64,000 bases of DNA, from positions 1 to 64,000 of the forward strand of contig JAVZLM010000001.1 in assembly GCA_038883775.1 (NCBI GenBank), read 5' to 3'. The position numbers and the translations under genes are program-made. Under the pieces are notes generated by a model. The model was given only the letters and a program-made list of their open reading frames with translations, did not search any database and had not been told where the DNA came from. Below, one piece after another: positions 20,063 to 29,659 of the stretch; the stretch's first letter is position 1, and each line of letters starts with the position of its first letter. Source of the DNA: Candidatus Bathyarchaeia archaeon. Its GTDB lineage: Archaea; Thermoproteota; Bathyarchaeia; Bathyarchaeales; Bathycorpusculaceae.

Positions 20063-20099
20063 CAACTAATTTTAGATAGACGCAACATAACTTTAGTTA

Positions 20100-20203
20100 G
20101 GGCCCGTAGCCCAGTATGGATTAAGGCGCCGAACCACAATGAGCCAAAAAGGTGCGCAAGCCTCCGGAGCCGGAGAACAGGGGTTCAAATCCCCTCGGGC
20201 CCG
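20100..20203 (+). tRNA. tRNA-Arg(CCG) with a 28-nt intron at non-canonical position 29/30 (intron 20132-20159)
   Basis: Acceptor stem GGGCCCG/CGGGCCC and T-arm GAGGGG-equivalent (AGGGG TTCAAAT CCCCT). After splicing the anticodon arm reads CCGGC CT CCG GA GCCGG. A BHB motif is present (GCGC/GCGC helix, CGA and AAG bulges). Confidence 0.92.
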
Positions 20204-20246
20204 CTTTTAGCAAATCTATGTTGTAATCATAGATGGAAATGGTGTT

Positions 20247-20897
20247 TCAGTTTTCAATTTTCTTGCCAAGGTAATAGATAATATCGTGATAGTGGGGCCT
20301 ATCATGAAAATCAAGTTCTAAACCTTTTAAATGGATGATTGTTTGCATGTCTGAAAACAATTTTTTGATTTCTTTATAAGTGAAGTAGTGAATGTAGGCG
20401 CCTATACGTGAAGAGTAAAAGGTATTTTCCTCGACGGGTACCAGTTGTTTCCTTGCTCTCTTGTAAGCTGAATCATTGGTTGATATGACAGAGACAAAAA
20501 CAAAACCATCTTTTTTAAGCCCGCCTTTAATTCTTTTTACAACATCTTCAACTTCACTCTTTTTTAAAAAATTAAGGGATGCTCCAGCAGCTATTATTAG
20601 CGAGTATTTCTGCTTGGCTATTTTGAAGTCTCTTAAATCGCCGACATATGCTTTTATATCCAATTTTTTCTCCCTAGCAAGATGGATGGCTCTGTCGATG
20701 GCAGTTCTAGATACATCGACGCCTTCAACATCGAATCCTTTCTCAGCAAGAAAAATAGCGTTCCTACCTTCGCCCATCCCTAAATCCAAAACCGGACCTT
20801 TTGGAAAAAGCTCAAGGAAATGCACCAATATAAAGTCTGGTTTAAGCCCCCATTTACAAGATGTTTCCACATATAACTTCTCAAAGTATTCTGTCAA
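20247..20897 (-). CDS. Class I SAM-dependent methyltransferase (TehB-like)
   Basis: VLDLGMGEGRNAIFLA..GF.V.GVD.S motif I. Confidence 0.88.
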   Translation of the reverse strand: MTEYFEKLYVETSCKWGLKPDFILVHFLELFPKGPVLDLGMGEGRNAIFLAEKGFDVEGVDVSRTAIDRAIHLAREKKLDIKAYVGDLRDFKIAKQKYSLIIAAGASLNFLKKSEVEDVVKRIKGGLKKDGFVFVSVISTNDSAYKRARKQLVPVEENTFYSSRIGAYIHYFTYKEIKKLFSDMQTIIHLKGLELDFHDRPHYHDIIYYLGKKIEN

Positions 20898-20970
20898 AGT
20901 TTTGCACCATACAAAACTATCTTATGACTTTATTAAAAATGATTGCATCCTATATATGGGGAATTTAAAC

Positions 20971-20997
20971 GGGGATTTGAATCTACTCGGGCCCGCT
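20971..20997 (+). repeat. Degenerate direct repeat of the tRNA-Arg 3' end (att-like)
   Basis: ggggatttgaatctactcgggcccgct versus tRNA ggggttcaaatcccctcgggcccgct; an exact 12-mer CTCGGGCCCGCT occurs at 20194-20205 and 20986-20997. Confidence 0.7.
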
Positions 20998-21011
20998 AAG
21001 ATAATTATGTT

Positions 21012-21457
21012 TTATGCCTTGCTGACTTGGAATTGGCAGTATGGGTCTCCTTTTGCTATGCATTTGGTTTCTTCTGCTTTCATTTCAGTTTTAAAGTATT
21101 GAGTGAATATGCCTGCTATGGCTCCCCTATAGAATTGGCTGTAGGCTTTTCCATAGCCTCTGGCGAGGTCGCATTCAAAACTTTCCTGTAGAGTGATTGT
21201 TGCGGTTTTTGCTTTTTCATTTATTTTTGCTTCTTTAAGGATGCTCCAGCCCAGAAGACTACTGCTTTAGCGGTTTCATCAGTCGGTTTTGGCATGGAAA
21301 TTTGAATGCACCGCACCATAACTCCATATTTTTCCACTAATTCGCCGAGTTGGCGCAAAACACCTTTTCCATAGCTTGCCTCTATGGCAAAACCGTAAAT
21401 TTTCCTTCCGCCAGTAACAATTATTCGACCAATGTCAAAAGGGTTTAAATCTTTCAA
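21012..21457 (-). pseudogene. ACT + V4R domain protein with an internal deletion/frameshift
   Basis: The N-terminal ACT-like part (GVLRQLGELV...) runs out of frame into LGWSILKEAKINEKAKTATITLQESFECDLARGYGKAYSQFYRGAIAGIFTQYFKTEMKAEETKCIAKGDPYCQFQVSKA*, a typical V4R C-terminus. Confidence 0.8.
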
Positions 21458-21571
21458 ATAATCAATGCTCCAAACTGAACGTTTCTTTTGAACTTCTATT
21501 TAAAATTGGTGTTAAAGTTACAGCTTAAAGCAACTTCAAACTGCAGTTTTTAAAGAAAAATTGTGTTGATG

Positions 21572-22945
21572 TTAATGGTACATGAGTTTTTCTTCATATT
21601 TTCTCAAATGCTCGCTGGCTTCGCCTATATCCATGAATAGGGCATCAACCCTCTCCACATCCTCAAGAGTGACACTTTTGCGTTTCATGGCTGTAGCGTT
21701 TTGGGCTGCTAAGCTGAGGAGCTGCACAGCATACCGCAACGAAGATTTTGCCCCAATATTTGTTAGTCTTTCTAGGGCGTCATTTTCTATTGTTACTTTT
21801 TCTTCTCTTGCTCTTATGCTTAAGATTTCTCTTATGCTTTCTGCATCATATTCGTGCGTGGCAATTATTACTGAGCGATCTAGAAGGTCTAATGGGAAAC
21901 CCATGGGGCTTTTCACGTCTGTCCCGCGGATTGTTGTTACGCCTCGGTTTGTGGCTAAAATGATTATTGGAACCAACTCGCTTTCTAAGGCTCTTCCCAA
22001 AAAGCTGAAGGCTTCCAAATCTAAGAGGTGGCTATCGTCGATGAATAGGACGCCTGGATGTATGAAGGCTTTTCCAGAATCCACCCACTCCTTTACTTGT
22101 TGGTCCACCGCCATGCGCACTTCTGTGTCTATCTCTTTTGATTCTGAACCTCCGAAAAACAGTGAGAAGAACCCCCCAGAACGTTGTCTCGCGTTAAGTT
22201 CATCTAAATCCGCCAACGTAAGCGAATAAACAAACTCTTTCTCCTTTAAAACGTCGCCCGTGGGTCTTGGAATTTTCTGGCTTGTGTCCACATCGTAGGT
22301 TTTGCCTTTTGTGCTTTCCAAGCTTAAACCGAGGTTTGCCACCCTTCCTGTTTCCGCGTCTATCTGGATGACATGTCCCTCGGTTATTCCTTGCTGAATT
22401 ATTTGTTGGGCAATGGAGGCTCCTGCTTCAATGGTTTTTTCCTGTTTTGTGGTTTTTAATGTTATTCGTACACTTTCTGGAACCTTTTGGTATGGATTGT
22501 AGGGATGCGCGGTTGTTCTTATGTCTATACCTACAACTTCGCCCTCATACACTTTACGCATTTCATGTATCTCAACGCCGATGCATTTTCTTATGGCTTC
22601 GATTAAAACTTCGGTTTTTTTGCGTTCGCTGCTGTAGATTTCGCTGCCGCTCATCTGTATGAAGGGAACGTTGGGTCCTAATTCTCTGGATATAGCAACG
22701 GCGATGGCGGTCTTGCCTGTTCCCGGCGGACCAGCCAAAATCACTGTTTTTCCGCTTAACTTTCCTTCCTTTATCATTTCAACAACTAAACCAGCGGCTT
22801 CCCTAGCCTTTTCTTGTCCCACCATGCCGTCTTTGACTTTTACCGCTTTCAAATTCTTGTCTAATCCTAAACCTTTAATGTGCGTATGGGCTCCTACTCG
22901 TTCAAAACGGCTGATTTTGGAGGGGACCTCCTTTATCTCAGCCAT
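21572..22945 (-). CDS. TIP49/RuvBL-like AAA+ ATPase
   Basis: AHTHIKGLGLD, GQEKAREAAG, GPPGTGKTA, GSEIYS.E.KKTE.L, PGVLFIDD.H, DLLDR, SLRYAVQLL. Confidence 0.95.
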   Translation of the reverse strand: MAEIKEVPSKISRFERVGAHTHIKGLGLDKNLKAVKVKDGMVGQEKAREAAGLVVEMIKEGKLSGKTVILAGPPGTGKTAIAVAISRELGPNVPFIQMSGSEIYSSERKKTEVLIEAIRKCIGVEIHEMRKVYEGEVVGIDIRTTAHPYNPYQKVPESVRITLKTTKQEKTIEAGASIAQQIIQQGITEGHVIQIDAETGRVANLGLSLESTKGKTYDVDTSQKIPRPTGDVLKEKEFVYSLTLADLDELNARQRSGGFFSLFFGGSESKEIDTEVRMAVDQQVKEWVDSGKAFIHPGVLFIDDSHLLDLEAFSFLGRALESELVPIIILATNRGVTTIRGTDVKSPMGFPLDLLDRSVIIATHEYDAESIREILSIRAREEKVTIENDALERLTNIGAKSSLRYAVQLLSLAAQNATAMKRKSVTLEDVERVDALFMDIGEASEHLRKYEEKLMYH

Positions 22946-23040
22946 TTATAAACCCTCTCGGCGAAAATATTTTGGAGAAATTTAAAAACTTATCGCTTCC
23001 ACTAAAAAGGAAATTAACAATGCAAATTTTTCATCAAAAA

Positions 23041-23892
23041 TTAGCGAGCTGACGTTTCCATTCCCTTTAACATTTGATCTATGTCTTTTCCAATGTTTTC
23101 GCCGTGGTAGCCACCTTCCAAAACGAAAAACGTGGGTTTTTTTAAAGATGCTATGCGTTTTCCTATTTCTCTATAAGTTTTTTCAGTCAAACCCAGAGAG
23201 GCCAAATCTCCAGCATGAGCATCAAATCCAGCGGAAACCGCAACAATCTCAAACCGTTTTATGTCAACTTTGCTTAAAGCTTCGTCTAATGTTTTTAAGT
23301 AAACTTCCTCTCCGCAGTCAGCCCATAATGGAAAGTTTAAGCAGTTTGCCTCACAACCATAACCGGTTCCAGGATAATGCGGATGCCTATGCAATGAAAC
23401 ATAAGTTACTTTTTGGTCTTTGGAGAAAATTTCCTGTGTTCCGTTCCCGTGATGCCCGTCAATGTCCAATATTAGAGTTGGCTTGTCTAAATGTTTCACC
23501 GCTATGGCAATGTTGTTTAAATAACAAAAGCCTCTTGTGTATGCGCCCATGGCGGCGCCGCTTCTGCCCGCATGATGCCCGGGTGGTCTCATGAGGGAAA
23601 AACCATTTTTTTCTGCTGCTAAAATGGCTCCGCCTGCGGAAAGTCTTGCGTATTCGTATATGTTTTCGTAGGCTGGTGTGTCTGCGTCTTCTACGAAGCC
23701 CTTTTTTAGGTTCCATAAATATTCGGCGTCATGAACCTTTAGCAAGGCTTCTTCTGGGGCTGGTTCTGGTGTTAAAAATTCATAGCCTTTCTGTTTCAAG
23801 ATTTCGTAGGCTTTTCTGACTCTTTCTGGGCTTTCTATGTGTGAAAATCCGTAGTTTAGGCATTTTTCTGAAAAGATTATTTTTGTTTTCAT
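23041..23892 (-). CDS. Zn-dependent deacetylase (HDAC family), short form
   Basis: HIESPERV, RPPGHHA, GFCYLNN, DIDGHHGNGTQ, SAGFDAH, LEGGY. Confidence 0.92.
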   Translation of the reverse strand: MKTKIIFSEKCLNYGFSHIESPERVRKAYEILKQKGYEFLTPEPAPEEALLKVHDAEYLWNLKKGFVEDADTPAYENIYEYARLSAGGAILAAEKNGFSLMRPPGHHAGRSGAAMGAYTRGFCYLNNIAIAVKHLDKPTLILDIDGHHGNGTQEIFSKDQKVTYVSLHRHPHYPGTGYGCEANCLNFPLWADCGEEVYLKTLDEALSKVDIKRFEIVAVSAGFDAHAGDLASLGLTEKTYREIGKRIASLKKPTFFVLEGGYHGENIGKDIDQMLKGMETSAR

Positions 23893-23975
23893 GGGATGCG
23901 CACGCTCATAAATGCATCTTTTATTGTTTTCAAATTAAAATATAACCTCAACCCTAAAAGGTTTAGAGCGTTGGC

Positions 23976-25940
23976 GTGATAGAGAAAATGATGATTTCAG
24001 AAAATCCATTCGCCATATTCCGCCTTGAGTGCCAAACCGTTTTAGAAGATGCTCTAAAGAAACTTTTTCCGAAAGTTGAAGTTGCACGTTTAACGTTGGA
24101 AAAACCGCCAAGCCCAGACTTTGGTCAACTTGCGTCTTCTCTATGCTTTGAACTTGCCAAAAACGTAGGCGAAAAACCTGCAGTTTTGGCTAACCGCATA
24201 GTTGAAGCCATGGACACGTCGAAGTTTTCTTTAATTGAGTGTGTTGCTCCAGCGGGAGGCGGTTACATAAACTTTTATGTTGATTTTGCAAAGTTTTCAG
24301 ATCTAGTTATTCAATCAATCGGGCAATCGGGCAAAGAGTATGGTTTCGTTAAAACTAGAAAGCCATCAAAAATAATTGTGGAACACACTAGCGTAAACCC
24401 ACTCCACCCCATACATATTGGACAAGCCAGAAATCCAATTTTAGGCGACGCCATTGCGAGCATGTTTAAAGCCATGGGACACAAGGTTTTTCGCCACTAT
24501 TATGTTGATGACGTTGGGCGTCAAACAGCAGTCATAGCCTACGGATACAAAAAATTGGGCAAACCAAAACCAGAAGGAAAACCAGACCATTTTATCGGGA
24601 AAATCTATACTATAACAAGCTGTCTCATTGAAATTAACCGCTTAAAAAAGGAGCTTGAAAAGGCAAAAAAGGCTTCGCTGAATGAGGAAGTTACGAAAAT
24701 TAACCGGGAATTGGACAATTGGGTGTCTGTGGCAGTAGAGCTTAAAGAGCGCTTTCCAAACCTTTTCGAAAAACTTTTGGATGCGGTTAGCAAGGATGAA
24801 GACCCAGAAAATGAGGTTAACAAGCTAAATCAAGCCTACGAGAAAGGAGAAGAGGAAGCAAAAGCACTGATAAGAGAAGTCAGCGAGTTATGCCTCCAAG
24901 GTTTTAGGGAAACTTTGGGTCGGGCTGGAGTTTTTTATGATTCTTGGGATTGGGAAAGCGATTTCGTATGGAACAAAAGCGTCAATGAAGCCCTTGAAAA
25001 ATTGAAGAAAACGCCTTACGTTTTCGTTTTAGGCGGAGTTTTAGAATTTGACGCAGAAAAGGCGGTTAAAGAGCTTAATTTGAAACAAAAACTTGGTTTA
25101 AGAGAAGATTATGAGGTTCCATCTTTGACGCTTATGCGTGCCGACGGTACAACACTTTATACCACGCGAGATATTGCCTACACTTTATGGAAATTTGAAA
25201 AAGCAGATAAGTTCGTTAATGTTATAGGTATGGAGCAAAGCCTTGCGCAGTTGCAGTTGAAAATAGCTTTACATGCTTTGGGCTATGGCGAGAAAGCGGA
25301 AAATTTGGTTCACTTTGCTTATAACCTCGTAACGCTTCCAGGCTATAAAATGTCAAGCAGAAGGGGGCGCTACATAACCTTTGACGAAGTTATGGATGAA
25401 GCGGTTGAGCGAGCTTATAAGGAAGTTTCGAAGCGTTCTCCACAATTGTCTGAAGATGAAAAGAGGAAAATTGCAGAGTTTGTTGGCATAGGCGCAGTCC
25501 GCTATGCGTTGGTGGAGGTTGACCCATCTAAGCCTGTTGTTTTCACGTGGGACAGGGTGTTAAATTTTGAAAAGAACAGTGCACCATACATTCAGTACAC
25601 GCATGCAAGAGCTTGCAGCATCCTACGAAAGGCGAAGAGAAAACCCGAAAACCCAGATTACGAGCTTTTGAAGGAAAGAATAGAACATCAAATAGTTTTG
25701 GATTTGGCAAACTTTCCAGAAGTTTTTGTTGAGGCAACCGATTTCCTTAAACCAAACATGATTGCAGATTTTGCAAATACCTTAAGCGACAAATTTAACA
25801 CTTTTTACAATGCCCTACCAGTCATAAAGGCTGAACCTAAAGAGCTCAGCGACGCAAGACTTGCCCTTGTGGATGCCGTAAGAATTGTGTTAAGAAATGC
25901 GCTTAATCTATTAGGTATAGTGGCTCCAGAAAAAATGTAG
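23976..25940 (+). CDS. argS: Arginine--tRNA ligase
   Basis: EHTSVNP..P.HIGQARN, RADGT.LY.TRD, KMSSRRG, YIQY.HAR..SIL, C-terminal PEKM. Confidence 0.96.
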   Translation: MIEKMMISENPFAIFRLECQTVLEDALKKLFPKVEVARLTLEKPPSPDFGQLASSLCFELAKNVGEKPAVLANRIVEAMDTSKFSLIECVAPAGGGYINFYVDFAKFSDLVIQSIGQSGKEYGFVKTRKPSKIIVEHTSVNPLHPIHIGQARNPILGDAIASMFKAMGHKVFRHYYVDDVGRQTAVIAYGYKKLGKPKPEGKPDHFIGKIYTITSCLIEINRLKKELEKAKKASLNEEVTKINRELDNWVSVAVELKERFPNLFEKLLDAVSKDEDPENEVNKLNQAYEKGEEEAKALIREVSELCLQGFRETLGRAGVFYDSWDWESDFVWNKSVNEALEKLKKTPYVFVLGGVLEFDAEKAVKELNLKQKLGLREDYEVPSLTLMRADGTTLYTTRDIAYTLWKFEKADKFVNVIGMEQSLAQLQLKIALHALGYGEKAENLVHFAYNLVTLPGYKMSSRRGRYITFDEVMDEAVERAYKEVSKRSPQLSEDEKRKIAEFVGIGAVRYALVEVDPSKPVVFTWDRVLNFEKNSAPYIQYTHARACSILRKAKRKPENPDYELLKERIEHQIVLDLANFPEVFVEATDFLKPNMIADFANTLSDKFNTFYNALPVIKAEPKELSDARLALVDAVRIVLRNALNLLGIVAPEKM

Positions 25941-25943
25941 TTT

Positions 25944-26624
25944 TTATGGTGCGCCCTCAATTATTGTTGTTGCTGTGCTTGTTCCTATGCGGTTTGCTCC
26001 CGCTTCGATAAAGGCTATTGCGTCAGCGTATGTTCTTATGCCCCCAGCAGCCTTAACACCCATGTCTTTGCCTACAGTCTGCCGCATCAATTTTACATCT
26101 TCAACGGTTGCTCCTTTTCCAAACAAGCCCGTTGATGTTTTAACAAAATCTGCTCTTGCTTCCTTTACAAGTTTGCAAGCAGTTATTTTCTCGTCTTTTG
26201 TTAGATATGCTGTTTCAATTATTACTTTCACAATTATTTCTTTAGATAATCGTTTAACATCCAAAACAGCCTTTATGTCCCGTTTAACAAAATCGTAATC
26301 ACCAGACTTTAAAGCACCCAAATTAATAACCATGTCCAACTCTTCGGCTCCATCCTCTACAGCCTTAACAGCCTCTAAAGCCTTTATCTCTGGCAGTGAA
26401 ACGCCAAAAGGAAAACCAACGGTAGAGCAAACTTTGACATCTGAACCTTTCAGCAGTTTTGCTGCAAACTTTACGTAATAGGGGTTAACAACGGCACATC
26501 TAAAACCATACTGTAAGGCTTCTTTGCAGAGTTTTTCAATCTCCTTTTTTGTTGCTGTGGCTTTCACGTTGGTTGAATCAATCATTTTAGCCAATTCTTC
26601 TCTTGACATCTTCAATCGCATCAT
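25944..26624 (-). CDS. deoC: Deoxyribose-phosphate aldolase
   Basis: VGFPFG, ELDMVIN.G, KVIIET, FVKTSTG, VKAAGGIR, RIGTS. Confidence 0.95.
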   Translation of the reverse strand: MMRLKMSREELAKMIDSTNVKATATKKEIEKLCKEALQYGFRCAVVNPYYVKFAAKLLKGSDVKVCSTVGFPFGVSLPEIKALEAVKAVEDGAEELDMVINLGALKSGDYDFVKRDIKAVLDVKRLSKEIIVKVIIETAYLTKDEKITACKLVKEARADFVKTSTGLFGKGATVEDVKLMRQTVGKDMGVKAAGGIRTYADAIAFIEAGANRIGTSTATTIIEGAP

Positions 26625-26732
26625 CCACCCGTTTAAACTGTGAACACAAGCATTTAGCAGTTTCTTAATATCAAACAGTTTTCGGCAAAAATTTCTTATA
26701 CTGCTTTTTAAATCCTAAAAAGGAGACCTAAA

Positions 26733-27794
26733 ATGTCAAGCTCATACTTTGAAAGAAAGGTTGAAGCCATCGAAGTTAAGGAAAAGAAGATATCTGAACT
26801 TTTGGCAGAAATGAGCAAAACCGCCTATCAAGGCAGAAAACTCGGAGAGGCTTTGGAAGTTTGGGAAACCATGCTAAAAGAAAAAGACTTAACAATAATC
26901 ATGGGCTTGGCTGGCTCCATGAGCACCGCTGGACAATGGAAAATTGTTAATTGGCTTATAGAAAAACGCTTCATAGACGTTTTGGTCTCAACGGGAGCCA
27001 ACGTTTCAGAAGATATCGTTGATGCAATGGGACTCGGTTATTGGCAAGGCACACCCTATGTTAATGATGCTGCTCTCGTGAAAGCTGACATTAACAGGTA
27101 TTATGACGTTTATGGAAAAGAGTCAGATTATAGGCAAATGGAGGAACTCATGACCGATTTCATGCTAACGCTAAAAACAAACTTTACATACTCCTCAATG
27201 GAACTACTCTACCTCTTTGGCAAGTGGCTAAGCAAAAAGGGAATAAAAAGCATAGCCGCTGCGGCTGCAGAAAATAATGTTCCAATATTTTGTCCAGCAA
27301 TAACAGACAGCGCCTACGGCGAAGCCTTCCTAATGGCAAAAAACAAAGGACACACCATCTTGTTAGATCAAGTGAAAGAATTCGACCAATTCGTTGGCAT
27401 AGGCGAAAAAACAAAAGACATAGGCGTCATCTACATAGGCGGAGGTGTACCGAAAGATTTCACACAACTCATAGCCATATCTGTCTCACCAAAAACAATG
27501 GACAAAGGCGTGCCCGGAAGAGAAGGCTTCCTTCGCAAAAGCGTAAAAGAATATTATTACCCGCATAAATATGCCATCCAAATAACTACAGACTCTCCAC
27601 AATGGGGCGGTTTATCAGGCTGCACCTTAGAAGAAGCCATAAGCTGGGGCAAAATCCACAGCCAAGGAAAAAGGGTGACCGTTTATTGTGATGCCACCAT
27701 TGCTTTTCCACTCATAACCCATGCCCTTAACGAAAGAATGAAAATTAAGAGAAAAGCTCCAGACCTTACATGGCTTTTCAAAAATGTTTCTTAA
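26733..27794 (+). CDS. Deoxyhypusine synthase-like protein (possible homospermidine synthase type)
   Basis: VSTGAN, GGGVPKDF, QITTD.PQWGGLSGCTL.EAISWGK, CDATIA.P. Confidence 0.85.
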   Translation: MSSSYFERKVEAIEVKEKKISELLAEMSKTAYQGRKLGEALEVWETMLKEKDLTIIMGLAGSMSTAGQWKIVNWLIEKRFIDVLVSTGANVSEDIVDAMGLGYWQGTPYVNDAALVKADINRYYDVYGKESDYRQMEELMTDFMLTLKTNFTYSSMELLYLFGKWLSKKGIKSIAAAAAENNVPIFCPAITDSAYGEAFLMAKNKGHTILLDQVKEFDQFVGIGEKTKDIGVIYIGGGVPKDFTQLIAISVSPKTMDKGVPGREGFLRKSVKEYYYPHKYAIQITTDSPQWGGLSGCTLEEAISWGKIHSQGKRVTVYCDATIAFPLITHALNERMKIKRKAPDLTWLFKNVS

Positions 27795-27799
27795 AAAGG

Positions 27800-28744
27800 C
27801 TAAAGCCTTGTTATTAGCGAACTCACCATAATTGGGAGAATCAGCGAAGCATCGCCCTCAATCATAACAGTGTCTGCCTTCTGGCTTATCTTACCCCAAG
27901 AAACTGCTTCTCTTGGTCTTGCGCCCGATAGGCTTCCATCCCACTCCTCAGCCGTACAAACATAAACCGCATAATCCAATCCTTCTCTAAATTGGTTCCA
28001 CCAAAGCGTGTGATGCTTCGAAATTCCGCCGCCCACAATTAATGCGCCCGTTTTCTTTGCTGTAAAAATAGCGTCGCTGAGTTCACCTGAATCCTTCAAC
28101 AAATTAATTTTTAAATCACGCTCTTGCGAGAAAAGCCAAAGTTGATAGCCAACCGCCCCATCGGTTATGCCAGGCACGTAAACTGGTATGTTGTTTTTGG
28201 CTGCCCAATAGAGGATGGAGTTTTCGTTGCATATGCGTTTTCCAATTTCACGGCACAGTTGACTTGTGGATAATTCTTTGACACCGTCATTCCATAAATT
28301 TTGGAGAAGCTCTTGCATTTTCTTTTCAATTATTATTCCATAACTCTCGTTTGGAACCAGCACATTTCCCAAACGGTTTATCTTTTTCCTGCGAAGTTCA
28401 GCATCATCCATAAAAAATGAACCTTTATAGTAGTTTTTCCAGCATCTAGCAATATCATGGTCGAGGGTTCCACAAGTTGTAATTATTATGTTAACAAGCT
28501 TTCGCTTTACAAGTTCTCTTAAGGCACCTCTTGTTCCAGTAGCCACAAGATTTCCAGTAAAAGAAAGAAACTTTACACATGTGCTATCCTTAACCATCCT
28601 TTCTAAAATGTTGACGCCTACAGCCAATTTTCCAGCAGTAAAACCCCAAGCTTTCTCCATCTGCAAAACAAGGTCATTAATAGATATGCCCTCAAAGAGG
28701 TTATAGTCCTCAATTTTCTCTAACATCGCTTTCGTCCTCATCAA
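27800..28744 (-). CDS. dys: Deoxyhypusine synthase (canonical archaeal type)
   Basis: SFTGNLVATG.RG, INRLGN, GGGISKHH, DGSLSGARPREAVSWGK. Confidence 0.92.
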   Translation of the reverse strand: MMRTKAMLEKIEDYNLFEGISINDLVLQMEKAWGFTAGKLAVGVNILERMVKDSTCVKFLSFTGNLVATGTRGALRELVKRKLVNIIITTCGTLDHDIARCWKNYYKGSFFMDDAELRRKKINRLGNVLVPNESYGIIIEKKMQELLQNLWNDGVKELSTSQLCREIGKRICNENSILYWAAKNNIPVYVPGITDGAVGYQLWLFSQERDLKINLLKDSGELSDAIFTAKKTGALIVGGGISKHHTLWWNQFREGLDYAVYVCTAEEWDGSLSGARPREAVSWGKISQKADTVMIEGDASLILPIMVSSLITRL

Positions 28745-28780
28745 GCTAAATTGTAATGTAAAAGATAAATAACTGTCGAG

Positions 28781-29659
28781 CTAGTTGACTAGGTAGGCTA
28801 TGATTTTTTCATATACATCCTTGTTTCTTAGGTCTTCGTTGCCCGCATAAATGCTTGGATTATCGTTAACCTCTACAACCACATAATTGCCGTTGACTTC
28901 TTTAATGTCAACTCCATAAAGCCCATGCCCAACCACACTGCAAGCTTTCAAAGCTGTTTCCTTCAACTCAGCGGGGGCATTCTCTCTTTTTAAGGTAACA
29001 GTTCTTCCCCAAACAAAGCTTGGTTTGCCTCTCCTTTTTGCACCGTGTTTCCATCTGCCCTTCGGCACCATATACTTACAAACGTATAAGACTTCGCCGT
29101 TTAAAACTCCGACTCTCCAGTCAAAGGCTGTTGGCATAAACTCTTGAACCACCAAAACGTCAGACCTTCTGAAAAATCTTTTTGCCACTTCTCGGAAACT
29201 TGTTTCGCAAGCCACTTTCTCCACATACCTTGAAAAACTTGTGTATGGCGCTTTCACCACAACAGGTCTTCCAAAGATTTTGAAAATTTCCATTATGCGC
29301 TTGTGATGAAACTCTTCCTTGTTTAAGAAAATTGTTGGAATATGCGGAACATTATATTTTTTGAAAAGAGAATACAAGTGGATTTTGTTTCCGCAGATTT
29401 GGATGGATTTTGGGTCGTCAACAACATTTAAACCCATTTCCCAAGCCGATTTAGAAACTATGTAGGCAGTGTAGAGCGGATCGGTTGTGGCTCTAATAAA
29501 AACTGCATCATATTTAGGAATTTCTTGGAGATGCTCTCTAAACAAGAAGTTGAAGGTGTGATCCATTCTCTCCGCTGTTCTTTTAAAGTTCTGCAGCGCC
29601 ATTGCCTCCTTTGGGTCGGAAAAGTTGTACCTTTCAACAAAGCATGCTATTCTAGACAA
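28781..29659 (-). CDS. RimK-family ATP-grasp ligase
   Basis: FIRATT, VVDDP.SI..C.NK, PVVVKAP..SFS..VEK, QEFMPT.FDWRVGVL, YGVDIKE, EVNDNP. Confidence 0.9.
   Translation of the reverse strand: MSRIACFVERYNFSDPKEAMALQNFKRTAERMDHTFNFLFREHLQEIPKYDAVFIRATTDPLYTAYIVSKSAWEMGLNVVDDPKSIQICGNKIHLYSLFKKYNVPHIPTIFLNKEEFHHKRIMEIFKIFGRPVVVKAPYTSFSRYVEKVACETSFREVAKRFFRRSDVLVVQEFMPTAFDWRVGVLNGEVLYVCKYMVPKGRWKHGAKRRGKPSFVWGRTVTLKRENAPAELKETALKACSVVGHGLYGVDIKEVNGNYVVVEVNDNPSIYAGNEDLRNKDVYEKIIAYLVN

Noticed and set aside
21582-22229. Long antisense ORFs (for example 21582-22229, 50569-51405, 20476-21102, 41704-42165, 52297-52821, 61053-61622)
   Set aside because: They lie opposite well-supported genes and have Ser/Phe-rich shadow composition with no motifs.
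21572-22945. TIP49 Walker B reads DDSH rather than DEVH
   Set aside because: As I recall, DD-type Walker B variants occur in other TACK TIP49 proteins, so this is not evidence of inactivation.
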